Shown here one piece after another: positions 19,336-29,433 of a stretch of DNA of 64,000 nt; position 1 is the stretch's first letter, and each line of letters begins with the position of its first letter. Position numbers and translations under genes: made by a program. Under the pieces are notes generated by a model, which did not search any database, was not told the origin of the DNA, and saw nothing but the letters and a program-made list of their open reading frames with translations. This DNA comes from an uncultured bacterium. GTDB taxonomy: Bacteria > Acidobacteriota > HRBIN11 > JAKEFK01. The stretch is taken from positions 1,664,001 to 1,728,000 of the forward strand of contig CAVZQN010000004.1 of NCBI GenBank assembly GCA_963777505.1, written 5' to 3'.

Positions 19336-21555
19336 TTAATTGGCTGGGAGCTCTGCGTAAAATGTGGCACCAAAATCGGGATTATTCTCAACCCAAAGTA
19401 CACCGTCATGCGCTTCCATAATTGTGCGCGAAATGCAAAGTCCCATGCCCAAACCGTCTCTTTTCGTCGTAAAAAACGGCTCGAACAATTTTGGGATCTG
19501 ATCTGTTGGAATTCCGGGCCCCGAGTCTGAAACTGCGATTATCACACTCCCTTTACTACTATTTCCTGTTCGAACTCTCAGTTGCCGCGCGGTTTCGGGC
19601 AGAGTTGCCATTGCGTCAAAACCATTGAGAACCAAATTCATAACAACTTGTTGTAAGTGAACACGATCTCCGGGAATGGGTGGTAAATTCCGTTCTGGTT
19701 CAAAACTCATTGCGATTCTTCGAGTCATTGCTTCCGCATTCATCAGCCGCAGTATTTCTTCCACAACATGGTTCAGATCAAGTGGCTTTCGCACAACCTC
19801 GTGGTACTCCAGAAAACTTCGCATTTTCTGAATGATGTCTCTTGCACGCAGATCATCTTTTCGGATATCAGAAAGGATATCCTTAACCTCATGGATTGCT
19901 GGCGGGTCGTTGTTCAGAAACAACTCCGCAGCCTCCGCGTTGCTGAGGATCGCTGTCAGCGGCTGCTTCAGCTCATGAGCAACGGAGACGGAGAATTCTC
20001 CCATCGATCTTACACGAGTGATATGAGCCAATTCTTCGCGATGCCGTAAGTTCTCCAATTCAGCATCTATCCTTTCAGTGATATCGATCCAGGAGCCGAT
20101 AAATCCAGCGAACTCATGTTGTGGGCTAAATAACGGAATACCAGAATCGAGTACCCAACGATACTGACCATCATGACGTTTGATGCGGAATTCCTTGGTG
20201 TAAGGTCGACGCTCATTGAAAGAAGTTTGATAGATGGAGTTGCATCGCTGGAAATCATCGGGATGGATATTCTGTCTCCAACCAAAATTTGTTTGCTCAA
20301 GGGTGTGTCCCACGAAATTGAGTAACCGTTGATTACACCAGGTAGTTAGTTTGTCGACACCTGACATCCAGATCATAACAGGGGCTGTATCGGCCAATGT
20401 TCGAAAACGTGACTCGCTTTCGCGGAGTTGAGCTTCTATTTTTCTGCGGCGTGATCGCTGCATAATCAAACGGCCTATCATGAATGACTGCAATGCAATA
20501 ATACCGATCGCACCAATTATGTAGTGTTTGTATTGGTTCCATAATGAAGGCTGACGAAAACGAATGGTAGATCCTGCCGGAAGCTGGCTCTGATTGAGGT
20601 TCCAACGTTTCATCTGGCGCCAATCAAGCAGGGTTTCACTGGCTCCATATTCAAACAAAGGAAGGTTCGCAGTGCTTGTTCCGTCCAAAATCTTCAATGT
20701 GATTTTAGCGACTTCCTCACCTTGAGAGTTCAGACTATAGAGCCGTCCTCCAACAATTCCTCGCCCCAAATATTGATCGACAAAACCATATACCGGCGCA
20801 TTCGAAGCAGCTGAAATCTGTTCGATAACCTTATGGGGGATAAATGGTACTCCAGCGCCATCTTGAAACATCGTTGTGTACAGAACTACAGTTTGCGGCG
20901 GCAACTGCGAGAGTTTTGTCAACAATTCCTTCAGGGGCAAATTCGTCATGTAGTTGAACTTGAGTTGATTTTGGTAGCCTTCAAATTCATTTTTAGCATC
21001 TTCAACCAATTGCTTATCAAACTTCGATGAGCCTCCAACAACTACGACATTTTTCGTTTCAGGATGCAGTTTGAGAGCGAGTTCCAATGTCGGAGCAAAT
21101 TCCCGTTTCAAAAGAATACCTGTTACATGAGGCGGTAAGCTTCGGTTGCCGAATTCTCTTCGATCGATCCCACAGAAAACAATTGGTGTTCCAGGAAAAA
21201 TCGTTTCACCAGAATTGAGAAGAAAGTTCAATGAAGGACCCAGCATTGCGACAACTACATCGACTTTTTTATGTGCGTATTTTGTGCGCAGGTAATCCCG
21301 CATAAATGGCAGGTAATTGTCGTTTGTTCCAAATCGCGAGAGGTCAAGAGTTTCGCGATATACATCGATGGAATATTTAGAATTGTCCGTCAATTTGCGG
21401 ACGAAGCTGGCATCCATCATTGACAAGCCAGGTAAGTCGAGGCGTTCATCATAAATCAGCAGAACTTGCCGTGTGTCGGAAAAGGCCAGGTGAATGCAAC
21501 TGAGCCAAATGATCAGCACTGCAGAGGATAAACGCACGATGGGATAACAGCTCAT
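19336..21555 (-). CDS. Sensor histidine kinase: periplasmic ABC-substrate-binding-like domain, PAS, HisKA, HATPase
   Basis: Signal/TM, large extracytoplasmic domain, TM, PAS (IHPDD, RHDGQYRW), H-box AHELKQPL, DSGPGI, FEPFFTTK, GMGL. Confidence 0.9.
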   Translation of the reverse strand: MSCYPIVRLSSAVLIIWLSCIHLAFSDTRQVLLIYDERLDLPGLSMMDASFVRKLTDNSKYSIDVYRETLDLSRFGTNDNYLPFMRDYLRTKYAHKKVDVVVAMLGPSLNFLLNSGETIFPGTPIVFCGIDRREFGNRSLPPHVTGILLKREFAPTLELALKLHPETKNVVVVGGSSKFDKQLVEDAKNEFEGYQNQLKFNYMTNLPLKELLTKLSQLPPQTVVLYTTMFQDGAGVPFIPHKVIEQISAASNAPVYGFVDQYLGRGIVGGRLYSLNSQGEEVAKITLKILDGTSTANLPLFEYGASETLLDWRQMKRWNLNQSQLPAGSTIRFRQPSLWNQYKHYIIGAIGIIALQSFMIGRLIMQRSRRRKIEAQLRESESRFRTLADTAPVMIWMSGVDKLTTWCNQRLLNFVGHTLEQTNFGWRQNIHPDDFQRCNSIYQTSFNERRPYTKEFRIKRHDGQYRWVLDSGIPLFSPQHEFAGFIGSWIDITERIDAELENLRHREELAHITRVRSMGEFSVSVAHELKQPLTAILSNAEAAELFLNNDPPAIHEVKDILSDIRKDDLRARDIIQKMRSFLEYHEVVRKPLDLNHVVEEILRLMNAEAMTRRIAMSFEPERNLPPIPGDRVHLQQVVMNLVLNGFDAMATLPETARQLRVRTGNSSKGSVIIAVSDSGPGIPTDQIPKLFEPFFTTKRDGLGMGLCISRTIMEAHDGVLWVENNPDFGATFYAELPAN

Positions 21556-21609
21556 CTAAATAAATTTCATTATAGCGAGGAACAAAATAGGCTGCAATGA
21601 AGACCTATT

Positions 21610-22743
21610 CTAACTAATTGGTTGTAATCGAGCCTTAATTGTTTGCTGCTTGCCGTCGCGCAATATCGTTACGGTTACTTCATCTCCGACTTTGTGCTTT
21701 TCCAGTTCAGTAGCAAGATCGTCAGAGTTCTCCACTTTTGCGCTATCGACAGCAACGATAACATCGCCTATTTCAGTTTGTCCAAAAACATTCCGTTTGA
21801 TCCCGCGAAGCCCCGCTTTTTCAGCAGGACTTCCTTTTGCTACGCTTCCGATGATGACGCCTTCTATTCCGGCATTTCTTGCAACTTGATCGGAAAGGAC
21901 ATTCACTCCCAAACCAGGACGAACTATTTTTCCGTGTTGAATGAGTTGCGGAACGACAGCCTTAACACTATTCACAGGCACAGCAAAACCGATTCCTGCA
22001 TAGGCTCCGCTCGGACTTATGATGGCTGTGTTGATTCCGATTAAACGTCCGCCGCTATCTAACAATGGACCTCCGCTATTTCCAGGATTGATTGCGGCAT
22101 CGGTTTGAATCACTTCATGAATGGTGCGTTCAGTAACCGATTGAATTTCTCGCCCTAATGCGCTTACAACACCGACAGTTAAGGTTTGATCCAAACCAAA
22201 TGGATTTCCGATGGCAATCACTTTTTGGCCGGTGATCAATTTATCGGATGAGCCTACAGGAACTGGACGAAGTATGTGGGATGGCGCTTTAACACGAATG
22301 ACAGCGATATCTTTATTTGGCTCAGATCCAACAATATCAGCAGGATATGTTGATTGATCACTGAATTTCACACTGAGTGAATTTGCATTCGCAATGACAT
22401 GATAATTTGTAACGATATGTCCTTTGTTATCCCAAATGAATCCACTGCCGGAACCAAGCGGGATTTCAGTTACATCAAGCGTAAAAAAATCACGCTGAAG
22501 GGCGTTGTTTGTAATGAATACAACGGAAGGTGCAGCATTTTGAAAAACGCTGATCGTATTTTTTTCGTCCGCCAATAGTTCAGTCGTTTGAGCAAAAGTA
22601 ATCGTGGGTGTGCGAACCCCGCGATCGCTGTCACTCTGTTGCGATGGAGAAACGCGATCCATCATGGGTCGCAAAACAATAAACATGATAGCCATGCCGG
22701 CTATGATGCCAATTAGAAATGGGCGGTAACGTGAGGTTGCCAT
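21610..22743 (-). CDS. HtrA/DegP-family serine protease (trypsin domain + one PDZ)
   Basis: GSGSGF, TNYHVI, DIAV, TDAAINPGNSGGPL, C-terminal PDZ. Confidence 0.92.
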   Translation of the reverse strand: MATSRYRPFLIGIIAGMAIMFIVLRPMMDRVSPSQQSDSDRGVRTPTITFAQTTELLADEKNTISVFQNAAPSVVFITNNALQRDFFTLDVTEIPLGSGSGFIWDNKGHIVTNYHVIANANSLSVKFSDQSTYPADIVGSEPNKDIAVIRVKAPSHILRPVPVGSSDKLITGQKVIAIGNPFGLDQTLTVGVVSALGREIQSVTERTIHEVIQTDAAINPGNSGGPLLDSGGRLIGINTAIISPSGAYAGIGFAVPVNSVKAVVPQLIQHGKIVRPGLGVNVLSDQVARNAGIEGVIIGSVAKGSPAEKAGLRGIKRNVFGQTEIGDVIVAVDSAKVENSDDLATELEKHKVGDEVTVTILRDGKQQTIKARLQPIS

Positions 22744-22780
22744 AGAGAACTCCTGTGAAGATGTTCTCTATAATAAACCG

Positions 22781-22867
22781 CATCTGTGGTAGGGGCGACC
22801 CTTGTGGTCGCCCGCGTGTTCATCATCAGAGCTCGGGCGGCCACAAGGGCCGCCCCTACCACAAATG
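22781..22867. repeat. GTAG-type REP doublet (REPIN)
   Basis: GGTAGGGGCGACCCTTGTGGTCGCCC ... GGGCGGCCACAAGGGCCGCCCCTACC, with paired flanks. Confidence 0.85.
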
Positions 22868-22883
22868 GCGTAAGCTGCAATCA

Positions 22884-23993
22884 TTACGTTTTTTGAATTT
22901 GAAGCGTGATTTTGTAAGTATCCTGCTGCCCTTCAAGAGGACTTAAATTGAGGACTCCTTTCCATGATTCACCGGAATCGCCTGTAAAGTTCCATTGGCT
23001 TGAATTCTGAGGCCAATCTGGTGTCTTCAAAGTCCATTTCCCATTTTCATTCAGTTTTGTTTCAAAAAACTTCCGCAATTCTACAAGACTTGATTTGGAT
23101 TTTAATTCCCATTCAGCGGACCACTGGTCATATGTTCCCTGTGTATTCAGGATTCTAATACTGCTTTGATCTGGAAGTTCAAACGAACGTGCGGAGATCC
23201 GGCGGATATATTTATCCGCAAAATTCGCCCTTGCATAAGTTGATTCAGGTTGCCAGTTATATTCCAGGTTTAAAGCTACAGCTTGCGCTCTGCCTTTTCC
23301 TTGAATTTTTGAAATCAGATAAAGTGTTGCATCGATACCGGAAGATAAACCTGCTGACGTAACAATTTTGCCATTATCTGCAAAACGTTTGTTTGAGACT
23401 ACATTCACTTTAGGAAAAGATGATTTCAGTTCCTCGATTAACCCATAGAATGTTGTCGCTTGTTTACCATCCAGGAGCCCAGCTTTTGCAAGATAGAATG
23501 CACCATTACAAACTGATAAGACATGTTGCGATGATTCAGCGCGTTTTTGGATCCATTGAATAACGTTTTTGTTTTCTAAATGCGGATCTACATTTCCACC
23601 TGGAACAAGAAGAATCTCTGCTTCAGGAGCATTCTCAAATGTGTATGCAGGTGTTACTGTCATTCCCATTGATGTTGTAATCGGGGCGGCCTTTTCTGCA
23701 ACCGTAAATGCATTTATTCCAGCCTGACCAAACACTTCATACGGCCCTGTGAAGTCGATGATCTGGACGCCTTCGAAGATAAGGATTGCCGCGCTCATCC
23801 GTTTTTCGGAAGGTGGAATATCTTTTTTCTTCACCAATTCCATCCCGCAAGCCGGACAACTGCCCGGCTCTTTATAGATCGTTTCATCATTGCCGCACGA
23901 ACAGGGACCACAAACATATTCATCAGTTTGAGCGTTTATTGAGAATAGAACAAGGCAAGAAATGATCGCAACTAAAATAATTCTTAATTTCAT
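22884..23993 (-). CDS. Exported DJ-1/PfpI family protein with N-terminal Cys-rich heavy-metal-binding-like domain
   Basis: Signal peptide; YVCGPCSC...PGSCPACGMELV; DFTGPYEVF, LVPGG, SVCNGA, TSAGLSSGID. Confidence 0.85.
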   Translation of the reverse strand: MKLRIILVAIISCLVLFSINAQTDEYVCGPCSCGNDETIYKEPGSCPACGMELVKKKDIPPSEKRMSAAILIFEGVQIIDFTGPYEVFGQAGINAFTVAEKAAPITTSMGMTVTPAYTFENAPEAEILLVPGGNVDPHLENKNVIQWIQKRAESSQHVLSVCNGAFYLAKAGLLDGKQATTFYGLIEELKSSFPKVNVVSNKRFADNGKIVTSAGLSSGIDATLYLISKIQGKGRAQAVALNLEYNWQPESTYARANFADKYIRRISARSFELPDQSSIRILNTQGTYDQWSAEWELKSKSSLVELRKFFETKLNENGKWTLKTPDWPQNSSQWNFTGDSGESWKGVLNLSPLEGQQDTYKITLQIQKT

Positions 23994-24017
23994 ATTTTCG
24001 ACCTCTGAAATGGAATT

Positions 24018-24846
24018 CTAAATGGTTGCTACGGTCTTCTTATTGGACAGAATTGCTCTGTATTTTCCAGGTGTGATGCCGAGGATCCTGCGGAAATGTC
24101 TATGCAAATGGCTTTGATCAAAAAAGCCAGTTTCCGCTGCAGTTTCTGCGATTGAAATGCCGCCGCTTAACAATTTGCGGGCCTTCTCAACACGCAAATT
24201 GCAAAGATATTCATGAGGAGTAAGACCTGTTGCTTTCGTAAATGCTCTGAGAAAATAAAATGGACTCAGCCCCGAAACATTCGCAAGTTCAGATAATTGA
24301 ATCGAACGTGAATACTTCATCTTCAAGATATTCCTTGGCTCGCATGATTGATCGCGGAGCATTCAACGAATTCTCAGGTAAAACAATGCTTTGAGCTTGC
24401 AATAGCTTTGAAAAGGCAAGCATCATTAAGCTTTCAGCGTCCAATTGATCTTGATCGTTTTGAAAAGCTTTATGCGCTTTTTCCAACAGTCGGGCAACTG
24501 AAGGATTTTCAAGCGTGACAGATTTAAATGCAATCGGACGGTTGTAATTCAACCGTTTAGAAATCCATTGCATCCATTCACCTGTGGGATGAAAACTGCG
24601 GTATGAAACAGCCGTGCCATCGGCCGAACGTCCGGTGTGCACTTCGCCGGGATGAAGCAGAAGGATGCCCCCTTTTGGCGCATGATAACTCTTGCCAGTG
24701 CATTCAAGAGCAACGTTACCTTCGATAACAACTTCAATTACAAACGTTTCATGCAGATGCCGTGGAAATTCATGATCGATGTAAGAAACTTCAACGATTT
24801 CCAAATTGCGCATGTACGGCACAATGCCAATTTTAGCTTCAAGCAT
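24018..24846 (-). pseudogene. AraC family transcriptional regulator (cupin + HTH, ~275 aa) split by one +1 frameshift near 24315, possibly an assembly error
   Basis: FPRHLHETF cupin in one frame; removing one base joins RAKEYLEDE to YSRSIQLSELA...GFFDQSHLHRHFRRILGITPGKYR. Confidence 0.82.
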
Positions 24847-24956
24847 TTTTCAAGAATAAGACGAATTTGGTCCTGACAAAGTTGCAGATGGATCTCTTAG
24901 GTTAATTTAAGCATCGATATCCACGCAAATAACGAATAGAGACTGCCGACAAAAAA

Positions 24957-25700
24957 TTATCTGCGGTCTTTCAGTTTGGACAGCAGACGAAGGATTTCGA
25001 TATAAAGCCAGACTAGTGTGACCATCAGTCCGAATGCACCATACCACTCCATAAACTTTGGTGCACCGTGTTCAACTCCTCGTTCGATGAAATCGAAATC
25101 GAGAACCAGATTCAAAGCCGCGATGACAACTACAAAAAGGCTGAAGCCGATGCCAAGAAGACCGCTGCTATGAATGAACCCGATGCGTATTCCAAAGAAG
25201 CCGAGCACCATTGAAACAAGATAAAGCAAGAAAATGGCTCCGGTAGCGGCTGTGACTCCAAGCTTAAAGTTTTCTGTTGCACGGATCAGCCGTGATTTGT
25301 ACGCCATCAAAAGTGCAAAAGCAGTTCCGAAAGTTAAAGCAACGGCCTGAATCACAATGCCTTTAAATTGAGCCTCATAAAAAGCCGAGATGCCTCCAAG
25401 GAATAATCCCTCTAGAAGTGCATAGATTGGCGCAGTGACAGGTGCCCATTCTTTTTTAAAGCTTGTAATAATCGCAAATACCAAACCTCCAATTGCGCCA
25501 CCAAGCATCCATGGCACAACGACTCCCGGATTCTTTGCAAGAAAAAACATCCGCCACACATAAAATGCTGAAGCCAGGGCAAGAATAAGCAGGATTCCAG
25601 TCTTGTTTACCGTGCCGTCCAAAGTCATGGCACCTTCTGTGGTTCTTAAGCCGGTGCTCTCGAAAGTCTTGGAGCTTAATGTAGGATTTCCAGTTCTCAT
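24957..25700 (-). CDS. Bax inhibitor-1/YccA family membrane protein
   Basis: MRTGNPTL, MTLDGTVNKT, LVLDFDFIE, EWYGAFGLMVTLVWLYIEILRLL. Confidence 0.9.
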   Translation of the reverse strand: MRTGNPTLSSKTFESTGLRTTEGAMTLDGTVNKTGILLILALASAFYVWRMFFLAKNPGVVVPWMLGGAIGGLVFAIITSFKKEWAPVTAPIYALLEGLFLGGISAFYEAQFKGIVIQAVALTFGTAFALLMAYKSRLIRATENFKLGVTAATGAIFLLYLVSMVLGFFGIRIGFIHSSGLLGIGFSLFVVVIAALNLVLDFDFIERGVEHGAPKFMEWYGAFGLMVTLVWLYIEILRLLSKLKDRR

Positions 25701-25870
25701 TCATCCCTCCTGTCCGTCATAAAAGAATAGACCATTAAACAGATTTTCACCACGTAGGTGACGACGGACTTCATTTTCTTGTCATACTATATCCGTCGTA
25801 ACAATATTGCTTTAGATCTCGGAGTCGAAGTAATATTAAGCTAACACAAAAACAATTTGAGGAGAGAGAG

Positions 25871-27571
25871 ATGAGGCGACGGGGATTCAGTGCCATTTTC
25901 TTTTCACTCACCATGATCGTTGGAGTTCCTGCGATCGATGCAGACACTAAAATCAAGAGGAATGGAAGCAAACTCCAATGGGGAAATAAAGAATTAAAGT
26001 TGATCGGATACTCGAGCATCGATCTCATTACAAAATCGGCGCTCCAGGTAAATGTTCCCAACTACCTTGATACTTCGGAATACATGAGGAAGCCTAAAAA
26101 GATCCGGCATGGCGTAAACCTGCAGCGTGTATGGGCCACGGGTTTTTCAAATGTCTTTACTCCGTGTTCCAACGCGCGAATGCCTTTTGCTCAAATTCAG
26201 GATTGTGACAATGGTCCTGTTTATGATCTGTGCATTGATTCTGTGAATGGTTGTACAGCTGTAGGCCTCGATCAGGTTTGGATGGATCGTTTAGATACCG
26301 TTTTACAGGAAGCTGAAAGGAACGGACAAATTGTTCAATTTACATTTTTTGATGCGGTGACTCTGGACAAAGATAGCGGAGGCTCGCCTGCATATCTTCA
26401 TACACCGTGGAACCCTCTGCACAACAACATGCATCAAGAACCGTTGAACTGTACTCAACAAAACGGCGGACTGCCGTTGGATACGAATGGGTCTCAAGAT
26501 GCTTTCCCAGAATTTTACAGGATCAAAAATACTGATGGCACTTTAAATTGTCTTGGATCGATTCAAAAAGCGTTTGTTCAAAAGATTGTTCAATATATCT
26601 GGGACAACGATTATGAGCATGTTTTTTTTGAAGTGATGAATGAAGCGAGAAAAGGACCAGGCGAGCCAGATTCTGTATTTGATGAAATTGCATCCTGGCA
26701 TAACACAGTTGGCGGTTGGATTAAGAATCTACCTGATGGAACGAAAACAAATTTTCTTGTTTCTGCCAGCGTGATTGGTGCTTCTACCAGCCTTGACGGT
26801 TGTACAGGTAGTTGCGCAGGCAATGCATTTAGCGTTTTCACCCAATCAAATATAGATATTGTGGATCTTCATTGGATTACATGGAGGGGATCGAATCTAC
26901 TTGGGAATCCATGTGATACTGCTGCGACAGCAATTCTAAAATTTAATAAACCGGTCATTATCAACACGGATGGTGCTCCAAGATCTGGCGGTGCAGATCG
27001 AGATGACAATTGCATTGTAAAAAACTGGGCCGATACTCTTTTCGGTTGTCAGTCCGCAGGAAGAGTTCACTTCAATCATATGGATGGAACTTTGTTCAAT
27101 GGTTGCACTACAGAAGATCTATGTTTTGATTGTGATTACATGGACCGGCTTGGAGATTCGGCGCCTAAAAAGATTTGCAAAGGCACCAATTGCGAATTTA
27201 TTTCTACATTCTGCGGCACTCCATTCCCATCTCAAAGCTGCTCGCAGCAAACGGTACTTTCGATTGATGCTGTACCATCTAAATCGCTTGTAAAAGCAAA
27301 CGGCGAATTGATTCCAGTTGAAATTCAGGTGGAAGTGACAAAGGCCTTACATTCGCCCGTCAACATTGAACTGATCTCAATTACATCAAATGAATCAAAT
27401 TTTGCTGAAGATATTCTAAGTGCTGGTTATGGCACTGATGATCGTTTGTTTTGGATTAGAGCTGAAAGGAATTTGGCAAATCCCGAAGGAAGAGTTTATC
27501 TGATTACTTACAAAGCGACAGATAAACTGGGGAATGTAGCTTATTCGAAGGCCTCAGTCACAGTTGAATAA
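25871..27571 (+). CDS. Secreted cysteine-rich protein, probable clan GH-A-like TIM barrel plus C-terminal Ig-like domain
   Basis: Signal peptide; VNLQRVW, VQFTFFD, FFEVMNE, IVDLHW, KPVIINTDG follow GH-A strand order; C-terminal RAER...GRVYLITYKATDKLGN; 18 Cys. Confidence 0.55.
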   Translation: MRRRGFSAIFFSLTMIVGVPAIDADTKIKRNGSKLQWGNKELKLIGYSSIDLITKSALQVNVPNYLDTSEYMRKPKKIRHGVNLQRVWATGFSNVFTPCSNARMPFAQIQDCDNGPVYDLCIDSVNGCTAVGLDQVWMDRLDTVLQEAERNGQIVQFTFFDAVTLDKDSGGSPAYLHTPWNPLHNNMHQEPLNCTQQNGGLPLDTNGSQDAFPEFYRIKNTDGTLNCLGSIQKAFVQKIVQYIWDNDYEHVFFEVMNEARKGPGEPDSVFDEIASWHNTVGGWIKNLPDGTKTNFLVSASVIGASTSLDGCTGSCAGNAFSVFTQSNIDIVDLHWITWRGSNLLGNPCDTAATAILKFNKPVIINTDGAPRSGGADRDDNCIVKNWADTLFGCQSAGRVHFNHMDGTLFNGCTTEDLCFDCDYMDRLGDSAPKKICKGTNCEFISTFCGTPFPSQSCSQQTVLSIDAVPSKSLVKANGELIPVEIQVEVTKALHSPVNIELISITSNESNFAEDILSAGYGTDDRLFWIRAERNLANPEGRVYLITYKATDKLGNVAYSKASVTVE

Positions 27572-27588
27572 AGTTTGATGCGAACTTT

Positions 27589-29334
27589 TCACACGGGGCG
27601 GGCGGGGGTTTGAACTTGCGCTGGTAGTTTCACGGTAAATGTTGTTCCAGCATCTGGTTCGCTCTCTACTGAAATTGTGCCACCCATCATCTGGCAAAAT
27701 CGAAGGCTGATAATCAGACCCAATCCGGTGCCGCCATATTTTCGCGCTGTGGTTGAATCTGCTTGCGAAAATGCCTGAAAGAGTCTGCCAAGCTGTTCTT
27801 GTGTCATACCAATTCCGGTATCAGAGACTCGAAACGTAATCCAATCTCCTTCCTGATCATTTGCACGGACAACTTCAAGAGTTACTTTTCCATCTTTTGT
27901 AAACTTGGCTGCGTTACTTAACAAATTAAAGAGAACCTGCCGCAATCGCGTCATGTCGGCATGAATTGTTCCAAGCTCTTTGTTTGGCTCAAAGATCATC
28001 GTATTACCATTCTTTTTCATCAGAGGGCGGACCGTAGTAACAACTTCGTCAAGGAGCCCTGGAAGACCGAAAGGTTCTAAAAATAGGTCCATTTTTCCGG
28101 CTTCAATTTTTGAAAGATCCAGAATGTCATTAATCAGTGCCAGCAAATGCTTGCCGGCCGCCTGGATTTTTTGTAAATCGCCATTAAGGTCTTGCACACC
28201 TAATTCTTGCGCCTCTTCCTGAAGCATTTCGCTATATCCAATAATTGCATTTAATGGCGTTCGAAGTTCGTGGCTCATATTTGCCAGAAACTGACTCTTG
28301 AATTTGTTTGCTTCTTCAGCCACAGACGTAGCGCGTTCGGCTTTCTCTTTTTCGACTTGAAGATTGCGTGTACGATCTTCAACAAGTGACATCAATTCCT
28401 GTTCACGGCTTCGGGCATCATCCTCAATTTTGTTGTAAAGCTTGGAATTTTCGATTGCGACAGCAGCCTGGTTGCCAAACACACTTAAAAATTCCAAATC
28501 TTCGGCAACAAAGCGCATTGGGACAGAAACATTATCAACGTATAAAACACCGATTACTTTTTCACGCGTTTTTAGCGGAACACAAATTGAGGAACGGATT
28601 GACTGCTTCATGATCGAGCTTGTGTCCCCAAAACGTGGATCTTCACGCGCATCGGATGAGATCACTGAAACGCTTTTTTGCAGCACATAGTTCACGATGC
28701 TGCTGCTGTAAATAGTTTCTCCTTCGTGAGTTTCAACAGAAGATCGGGTAATGCGTCCCTCTAGCAATCCGGTTTCTTCGTTGACCATCAGAATAGCCAC
28801 ACGATCAACATCCATAATCACAAACAAGAAATCCACAATCTTCTGAAGCAAGATGTCGATATCTTCCGGCGAAGAGAGAAGTTCACTGACTTCTAAAAGA
28901 ATTTGTAACTTGTCTTTCGATCTCTCCTGAAAATCTTTTTGTTTTATTTTCAGAGCGGAGGTGCTCACTTTGTCGCGTGGTTTTTCAGCGACAAGCAGAT
29001 CTCGAAAGCCTTTGCGGACTCCTGAAGATATTTCATGAAGGATGTGGAGGTCTTCGCGGAATTGAAATTCTGCATCGCCGCACTTTACTGCATCCCCATG
29101 TTTTAAGATGCATTCGGTGATGCGTTCTCCATTTACATACGTACCGTTGCTGCTTTGAAGGTCGCTGAGGACGATGCGTTCTTCATTGACATCGATTCGG
29201 GCATGCATGCGCGAAAGGCTGCCGTCCAGGATTACGATGTCGTTTTCTTTTGCGCGGCCTAGAGTCGTTGGCCCGATTTTTAATTCAAAAATCTGTTCGG
29301 TAGACTGGCCCGGATCCAAAACCAGGCGTGCCAT
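27589..29334 (-). CDS. Cytoplasmic histidine kinase FHA-GAF-HisKA-HATPase
   Basis: [11 protein letters not shown]...SRMHA...SSNGTYVNG; [11 protein letters not shown]...IGVLYVD; H-box [14 protein letters not shown]; DTGIGM, GGTGLGL. Start at ATG 29334. Confidence 0.9.
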   Translation of the reverse strand: MARLVLDPGQSTEQIFELKIGPTTLGRAKENDIVILDGSLSRMHARIDVNEERIVLSDLQSSNGTYVNGERITECILKHGDAVKCGDAEFQFREDLHILHEISSGVRKGFRDLLVAEKPRDKVSTSALKIKQKDFQERSKDKLQILLEVSELLSSPEDIDILLQKIVDFLFVIMDVDRVAILMVNEETGLLEGRITRSSVETHEGETIYSSSIVNYVLQKSVSVISSDAREDPRFGDTSSIMKQSIRSSICVPLKTREKVIGVLYVDNVSVPMRFVAEDLEFLSVFGNQAAVAIENSKLYNKIEDDARSREQELMSLVEDRTRNLQVEKEKAERATSVAEEANKFKSQFLANMSHELRTPLNAIIGYSEMLQEEAQELGVQDLNGDLQKIQAAGKHLLALINDILDLSKIEAGKMDLFLEPFGLPGLLDEVVTTVRPLMKKNGNTMIFEPNKELGTIHADMTRLRQVLFNLLSNAAKFTKDGKVTLEVVRANDQEGDWITFRVSDTGIGMTQEQLGRLFQAFSQADSTTARKYGGTGLGLIISLRFCQMMGGTISVESEPDAGTTFTVKLPAQVQTPARPV

Positions 29335-29353
29335 AGATTGAGTATCCCCCCTA

Positions 29354-29433
29354 AATTGAAAGATGAACAATGAAATATGAACGCTGAAAGGAGTTCATTT
29401 CATCCTTCATCTTTCATCTTTTATTTTCTAATT
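29354..29433. repeat. Inverted degenerate heptamer repeat array (TGAAAGA-like / TTCATCT-like)
   Basis: tgaaaga tgaacaa tgaaata tgaac ... gttcat ttcatcc ttcatct ttcatct. Confidence 0.65.

Noticed and set aside
22755-22946. Small ORF (63 aa) over the REP
   Set aside because: It is a translation of the palindrome (GRGDPCGRP...GHKGRPY) and overlaps a real gene on the other strand.
19336-29334. Mobile genomic island interrupting the elb cluster
   Set aside because: No integrase, transposase, tRNA or flanking direct repeat is visible, and host-type repeats occur inside it, so rearrangement is equally plausible.
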